From Podarcis erhardii (Eukaryota), in assembly GCA_964252035.1 (NCBI GenBank), contig OZ176205.1: a stretch of 64,000 nucleotides of DNA, one strand, 5' to 3'. This document shows positions 57,804 to 64,000 of this stretch, piece by piece. Below the pieces are notes generated by a model. It saw only the letters and a program-made list of their open reading frames with translations, was not told the DNA's origin and searched no databases. Made by a program: the position numbers and the translations under genes. Numbering within the stretch: position 1 is the first letter of the stretch; every line of letters begins with the position of its first letter.

Positions 57804-58794
57804 AGGGGAGGGGTCTGCCTTCTGGAAGAACAAAGAACCAGCTCTCTAAGAGAAATTGCCATTAAATAAAGTCCAACAAATGATGCCAATGAACAAGTTT
57901 TCAATTATCGGCCGCCATTCACGCAGCCAAAAAAGTAGCTGCTAAAAGCTGTAATCACAAACAACTCAGCAATGCCCACTTCAAGCTGTACAGCAACATG
58001 TAATATTTTGAGGCTGGGAAAAGATCACACAGAACAGAGTATTTAAGAAAATTGCAACCTGCAACGGTGGGTGGGGGAGAAACACAACAACAAGCCTAAG
58101 TGCCTTTTATTTTAGAGTGTAGGTCTACGTTTAGCTGCACTTCAGGTGAGTTACATCTCAGAATCATGCACAAGTTATCTACTTGCATCCATTATTTGAT
58201 ACAGTTATGGCTTCCTGTCCTTGACGCTGCCTGGGATCAGATGGCTGAGGAATGGCAATCGGGTTAAATTTGCCATGAAGATTTGCTCAGCTTTGTAAAT
58301 GGGCTCACCTCAGCCACCTTAAACCCATTTGATATTCTGCATACATTTGTGAACCTGGGTTTAGCAGGCACAAAGAAATAACTTGAAGGGGAAAAATAAA
58401 ATCAGGGGGATAGGGTTATCCTTAAATATAAAACCTACAGGTAGAATAGTGAAGGGGATTGGGGTTGGCCATGCTCCATATGTCAAAGAGAGCATAGAGG
58501 AGACTTGCAAATCGGAAAGTTTACAAAGAATTAAACACAGAATTGCTGTGTCTGAAATTATAATGCTCCCCCAAAGTAATAGGGGACTGGGGACACACTC
58601 TGTCACCACCTGCTGCAATTCCCCTAGATCAAAAATAGGAAGGTTATCTTGAAATGGAGAAAGAAATTAGGAAGGCAGCTGAAAGGAGGGAAATGGTATA
58701 ATGATAGGTAATGTCACCTTCTGCTTGCAAGGCCTGGATAAATACAGGATTTCTAGATAAATGAGACTATGCTTCATGGAGTCAAGTAGATGGA

Positions 58795-59005
58795 AGGGAA
58801 CCCTTGATTCAACTGCCCCAGAGTTCCCTGGGAAGAGGGAGTGGTGGTTCAACCGCTCTGAGAATTGTAGCTTCATTGGGGAACAGGAGTCTCCGAACAA
58901 CTATCAGCATCCTTAACAAACTACAGTTCCCAAGGTTCTTTGAAGAAGCCATGACTGTTTGAAGTGACACGATACCACTTTAAACGTTTAGTGCAGGTAG
59001 GGCTC
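58795..59005. mobile_element. Foldback family, right half
   Basis: AACAACTATCAGCATCCTTAACAAACTACAGTTCCCAAGG..AGCCATGACTGT matches the family right arm. Confidence 0.6.
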
Positions 59006-60237
59006 ATGTAAATGCATGGTTAATGACGAGAACTGTTTGAATGAATCTTGAATAAGATATTCTCCAGTCACCTTGTGCAGGGAAATTCAAGTGCAATAAT
59101 ATCTGTGCAAAGTGGAGTCAGAAGGGGGATGATTTGCAGCAGATAAGCTGGAGGTGGGCTTGGGTATGCTTAACCCTTTCCCTGCTTGCCATTTCCCCTT
59201 GCAACTCTTCCCCGGTCATTTTTCACCAAACCAGAGTTTCAGATTTGTATTTGCAATGGACAATCTGGCAAGACCATTTCAAAGTCAAGTCATGTCTATA
59301 GTATAAGCCATCTGCAAACTCTTCTGTTTTTGCAAACTACAAATCACCTGTTGCCTTTGCCTTTTTGTTTTCTGGCCTCTTCTTCCTTGTCTCCTCCTGC
59401 CCTTTGCCCATCTTGTCTGGAACCAAGTCCAACAGCCCCATGTATATTTCTCTAAGGTTATTGGAGGGTGTATGGAATACAAAGGTGACAAACAAAAGTA
59501 GCTTCTTGGGTGGTGTGGAATACAAAAACGAAAACTAATAAATATTTTTCCATATGCTACTGATGAAATGGTTTTTCTTCTCCACTCAGCTTCTCATACC
59601 AGAGTACTATACATGAGTTGGGTAAATCATTTTCTTCTGAAGGCCCTCTGGTGGCCTAGGCAAAGTGAGTGGTTTCAGTTCAGCACACAGATTCTTCTGT
59701 GCTGGCAAACCCGCCTTTCTATCAGTAGATAGTAATTTCAGCAGACAAATCAAGGCCTGAACATGCACTATCCTCTGACTCTCTGCATGTTATGATTTCG
59801 GGAGGAGTTAGAGCGAAGAGTTGAATTGCTGCCCAGTTTTTTCATGGTGAGTGGAAAAGCAGAGCAGATGAGTCTCCAGCAATATTGATCTGGCACTAAA
59901 TTAAAGAAAAAGCCTCTAGCATTTCACTGCTCCCTCTTCGCTCAAATATCCATCATTTTGTTGACTCTGCCTCTGTACCTCTTGGCATGCCACACATTCT
60001 GCCAAACCAGCTTGCCTTCATGTCTGCTCTCAGTCTCTTCCTATTTCTCCCTCCTCTTGATAATTCCACCTCTTCTGTTATGCTACCATTGTTCTTGTGG
60101 GTCCAGCAGCTTCATTCACAGTTCTCACCATCCCCATATTTCATCCGTATCTCATTTGCCATTGATGCCTCATGATAATGGTGGAGTTTCATCATCATTA
60201 TTAATCCCTGTCACTGAACAATAAATTCTGTATGACA

Positions 60238-60362
60238 AGGGTAGGGAAACCTGTGAGCCTCCAGTCTCCCATCAGTCTCTCTCATCGCCCCTGGCCAGTT
60301 GTCAGGGACGATGAGAACTGTAGTCTAGCATATCTAGAGGGTCACAGGTTCCTCCCATTCCT
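60238..60362. mobile_element. Degenerate short hairpin MITE
   Basis: GGAAACCTGTG..CCTCCAG / CTAGAGGGTCACAGGTT termini. Confidence 0.5.
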
Positions 60363-60714
60363 GCTTTTTAACACAATGCATATAATCATAAGTAGCTTGA
60401 TATAGCACCTCACTATTCCACCATCCTTACAGACTTGAGTTCCTTATAGGGTTGCAAGGTGTCTTCTCTTTCCAGAACATACCCACTTTTTCAGGGGTAA
60501 AATTTCTGTCCGGGTGGACTTTTTAAATTTGCCAAAATGTCTCTGGCTATACTTTCTGGATGACACATAGACATAACTGGTGGTTGAAGAACCTGCTTTC
60601 CTCTTCTCTTCTCCTGCCTGCTTCAGCAATATATCACACCTTCTGTAGTCTACATATAGTAGGGGTGTTTAAAATGAGAGTTATCATCCACTTTTTTGCT
60701 GTCAAAATATGGCA

Positions 60715-61045
60715 AGTAATAATAATAAATGCCACCAATCTGACTGGGTTGCCCCAGCCATTCTGGGTGGCTTCCAACAAATTAAAAGCCCAATGCAGCA
60801 AAACATCAAACATTAAAAACTCCCCTCTGCAGGGCTGCCTTCAGATGTCTTCTAAAAGTCAAATAGTTGTTTATTTCCTTGACATCTGATGGGAGGGTGT
60901 TCCACAGGGCAGGCATGACTACTGAGAAGGCCCTTTGTCTGGTTCCCTGTAACCTCATTTCTTGCAATGAGGGAACTGCCAGAAGGTCCTTAGAGCTGGA
61001 CCTCAGTGTCTAGGCTGAATGATGCAGGTGGAGATGTTCCTTGGG
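60715..61045 (-). mobile_element. L2 LINE 3' end
   Basis: Reverse complement matches the 20015-20305 copy; (ATT)-rich tail. Confidence 0.85.
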
Positions 61046-63496
61046 CATAAAAATGAAGATACCACTTCAACGGCAAGGTGTGATTTCGTTTGGTGTTTTG
61101 ATACCTGAATTTCATGGATGGCATTAGAATCTTTTAGACGACACCTTATCTATATATCTATATCCAGCCAATGCATGTAGCTGCCAGCGGGGTCAGTCCG
61201 CACTGCCCTTGAGATTTGTGAGCCCCATGTCCACACATTTGGCACAGCATCTGAAAAAAACTACCCTTAGAGCTAAAGCTGAGTAGCTACCTCATTCCTA
61301 AATACAGCTGTATGCATGAAGGAAACTTTTCTGGATAGCCCTGTTGTGTTGGGTCAAGTAATCTGTCTTGCCTTTGAGAAAATGCAAAGCTTCACCCACT
61401 CTTCCCAAATAACAGAATATGGGTAAAAGAAGGTGGGTTGGTTCGCATTAAACAGTAAATCAACCCTCTGTTTAGGGAGGGCATGCATGGGCTTGTTCTC
61501 TGGTCCATTTCACTCTTGCACCAAGCTCAGGTTTGGCTTAGTTTGCCACCTGAACTAGGAACTCATGGTTAAAGTATTGGCTGCACGTCACATTTGGGGA
61601 GGAAAGAGTTCAGCCATGTATCCTGGTTCAGACAACATGCTAAGGCTTGGAGTACAAACCGACTTATTGTGGGGCAAGACAATTGCAGAGCAAGGAATCT
61701 GCAGAACAAGGAATTTTCCCCCTGATGGCGAATTAGAATGTCATATAACTCAGAGGGATATAACTCAGAGGAGGCAGAAAAGAGCAGTCTTTTCCTTTGG
61801 GTGCCAGACTTCATGGGATGAGTCTTCAGGAGCACCTACATCTAGGGACAGATAATTTCTTCTGCACCCTGCGTGACTATGTCTAAACATATATATTAAG
61901 TATGCATGCCAAAGGCATAAGAAGAATGAAGTGATAACACTTGCTATAGTTGTTCTGAGGTATAAATAGTAACCACAACAAATGCTTTTAAAATATACTC
62001 TTTGTGCGTGCGTGCAATATATTAATAAGTGTATGCAAAGCATGCCTTTGAAGTTTGCGGCAGATTCTTGCTCCCTGTAATCTCCTTCTTTCCCCAACCT
62101 TCCAAGCTCTGAAATAGTTCCCCTGCAACTACAATATTAAGATGAGGAGATGAGTCAGTTCTCTGCCCTATGCTTGGCTCATTTTCAGAATAGAGTTGCA
62201 TTCAGAGGTGGGGTTTATTGTGTTATTTTTTACTGGTTATAATTCTAGGCCTTCTGTGCCGATTTCAAAATTCCCATTTACACTATTTCAGTATGGAACA
62301 GTGGCTTTCTTTTGGTAGATGTACTGCCATGTTTCACTAAATTTTAAATGGTGGAAAAGAACTGCATGCTGGGATACCACCCCAAATTTTGTCAAGTGAA
62401 ACTACAGTGCAAAACTCCTGTGATTTTCCATGTTACAATGTGGAAATTATCAGGTAAGGAAACATCAGGAAAACAGAATAAAGTGATTCTGTGCTTGGCT
62501 TATTAAGCCACAAGTTGTGTACTCTGTGAATGGGGCAATCCTTAAGTAATGTTAAGTTGCTCAGAATACTCCTCTGGCATTGCCCTTTGGGCTAGATATA
62601 CTGGGGTGATTTGGGTGATTTCTTCCCTTGCTTTACTGCTCTCTCTGTGGAATAAATAATCTCACACCCCCTCCCGAACCTTGGAAGCTATAAAGGCTGC
62701 ACAAGGCCATTGAAAACAGTTGCAATTTAGAAAGGCTTTTTTAGTTAACAGTGTGGTTCTGTTGGGGGGGGGAGTAAAGATAGCTTTTAAGCGAGAAGCA
62801 CTATTTCCCCCTCACCCACCTCACATTCCCCTGTCCTCTACCCCAAACTATGTTATGGCAATTTGCAAAGGTCTCTCTTAACTGTGGCTGCACTGGAGTC
62901 AGCCATAATGCATTTCTGTTGCTATTAAGCTGTTGGAAGTTGTAATGCTCATTAAGAGAAATGTGCTCAAGTCTAGCTATGGGGGTTGGGGGTTGGGGAT
63001 GGGGTGATAAAGTCAGGGTCATCTCCCGAGATGGAGTCATAGTTCAACATTTTTAGATTGTATTACCTCCTCTAATTTGTCAGACAATGAAGCTTCAGAG
63101 CATTTGGAGGCCAAGCCCTGCAGCAGTTGCTGCTACAGAATAGTGCGGAAGGCACATTAATGTTGACACTGAAATGATGAGTTAACAGTACAAATGGCTC
63201 TCCGTAGACTAGCCTAAGCACGGCCAGACAGTCAGACCCTCATCATCTGTAAATGATCCAGTCAGTCATCTGCTCCTTTCCCATTTCTGGACAATGAAGA
63301 AGCAAAGTCATAATCAGTTCACTTGTATGGAATTTTTAGATGTAATTCTCCTTACCAGTTTAGCTGGGTGAAAATCAGTAGAAACAGCAACATCTTAATC
63401 GGGTTGCAAATTGCAAGAGTTAACCTCGAAGAGTTTCCCCCAAATCAGACTTTTTCTGGCATTTTTCTAAGGAGCTTCTTCCTCCCACCACTACGT

Positions 63497-63498
<2 letters not shown>

Positions 63499-63546
<48 letters not shown>
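63499..63546. repeat. (TC)n microsatellite
   Basis: Direct reading. Confidence 0.97.
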
Positions 63547-63549
<3 letters not shown>

Positions 63550-63777
63550 CTTATCTGATTCCAGAGAGAAGCAATGAACTGGATGTGGGCAAGAAAGTGA
63601 AGTTTAATCAATGGAAGTACTTTGGGAAAGGGGATCTGTTGAGTCTGATTCTGGGATTCAGTCTGTTTGTGGTAGGATTGTACTCCCCTTTAAGAATCAG
63701 GTTCACAGTTTGCATACCCTCCAACATTTCTCTGATGAAAATAGGGACATCCCATTCCATAATGATAATTTTTGCTA

Positions 63778-63963
63778 CAGTGGTACCTTGGGTTAAGTAC
63801 TTAATTCGTTCCTGAGGTCTGTTCTTAACCTGAAACTGTTCTTAACCTGAACTTTGGCTAATGGGGCCTCTCGCTGCCGCCACACTGGAGCACAATTTCT
63901 GTTCTCATCCTGAAGCAAAGTTTTTAACCTGAGGTACTATTTCTGAGTTGGCGGAGTCTGTAA
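63778..63963 (+). mobile_element. CAGTGGTACCTCGGGTT-family MITE, right end truncated
   Basis: TA-CAGTGGTACCTTGGGTTAAG start and family interior. Confidence 0.85.
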
Positions 63964-64000
63964 CTATATATATATGCAGGTTTTGGTGTCCTCGGGTGTC

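Noticed and set aside
104-63815. The many 60-120 aa ORFs in the track as genes
   Set aside because: Expected by chance in 64 kb, many use non-ATG starts or lie in SINE/MITE/microsatellite sequence, and none shows a domain apart from those annotated.
9833-63963. Recurrent GGTTAAGAAC/TTAACCTGA motifs as a CRISPR-like array or regulatory grammar
   Set aside because: They are subterminal repeats of one dispersed MITE family in a eukaryotic genome, with no regular repeat-spacer periodicity.

Overview
Vertebrate non-coding, repeat-rich DNA. It is almost certainly squamate and probably a lacertid lizard (inferred from Sauria- and Squam1-type SINEs), with one 128-nt assembly gap. I could not identify any host protein-coding gene. 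The dominant feature is a very young Ty3/Gypsy chromovirus (Tf1/sushi group) on the minus strand at 45420-51634. Its LTRs are 754/755 bp and differ by 2 substitutions and 1 indel, with a 5-bp TSD CATGT. It has a self-priming (non-tRNA) PBS, a PEG10-like GGGAAAC -1 frameshift with hairpin, an uninterrupted PR-RT-RH-IN-chromodomain pol, and a gag that appears internally deleted in frame. The most unusual signal is that pol continues about 345 codons past the chromodomain, about 209 of them inside the 3' LTR. A divergent solo LTR 1.1 kb away (52744-53180) keeps an open frame in the same phase, ending in the same TLR..LLxW..TDS motif with synonymous third-position changes, which suggests a conserved U3-encoded integrase tail. 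The rest of the window is a mosaic of MITEs (Tc1/mariner-pogo-like with TA TSD; hAT-like with 8-bp TSD), a Tc1 deletion derivative with perfect TIRs, two related short solo LTRs, three Sauria SINEs, a Squam1 SINE, L1/L2/CR1 fragments and microsatellites. Family names are from memory of consensus sequences, not from searches.
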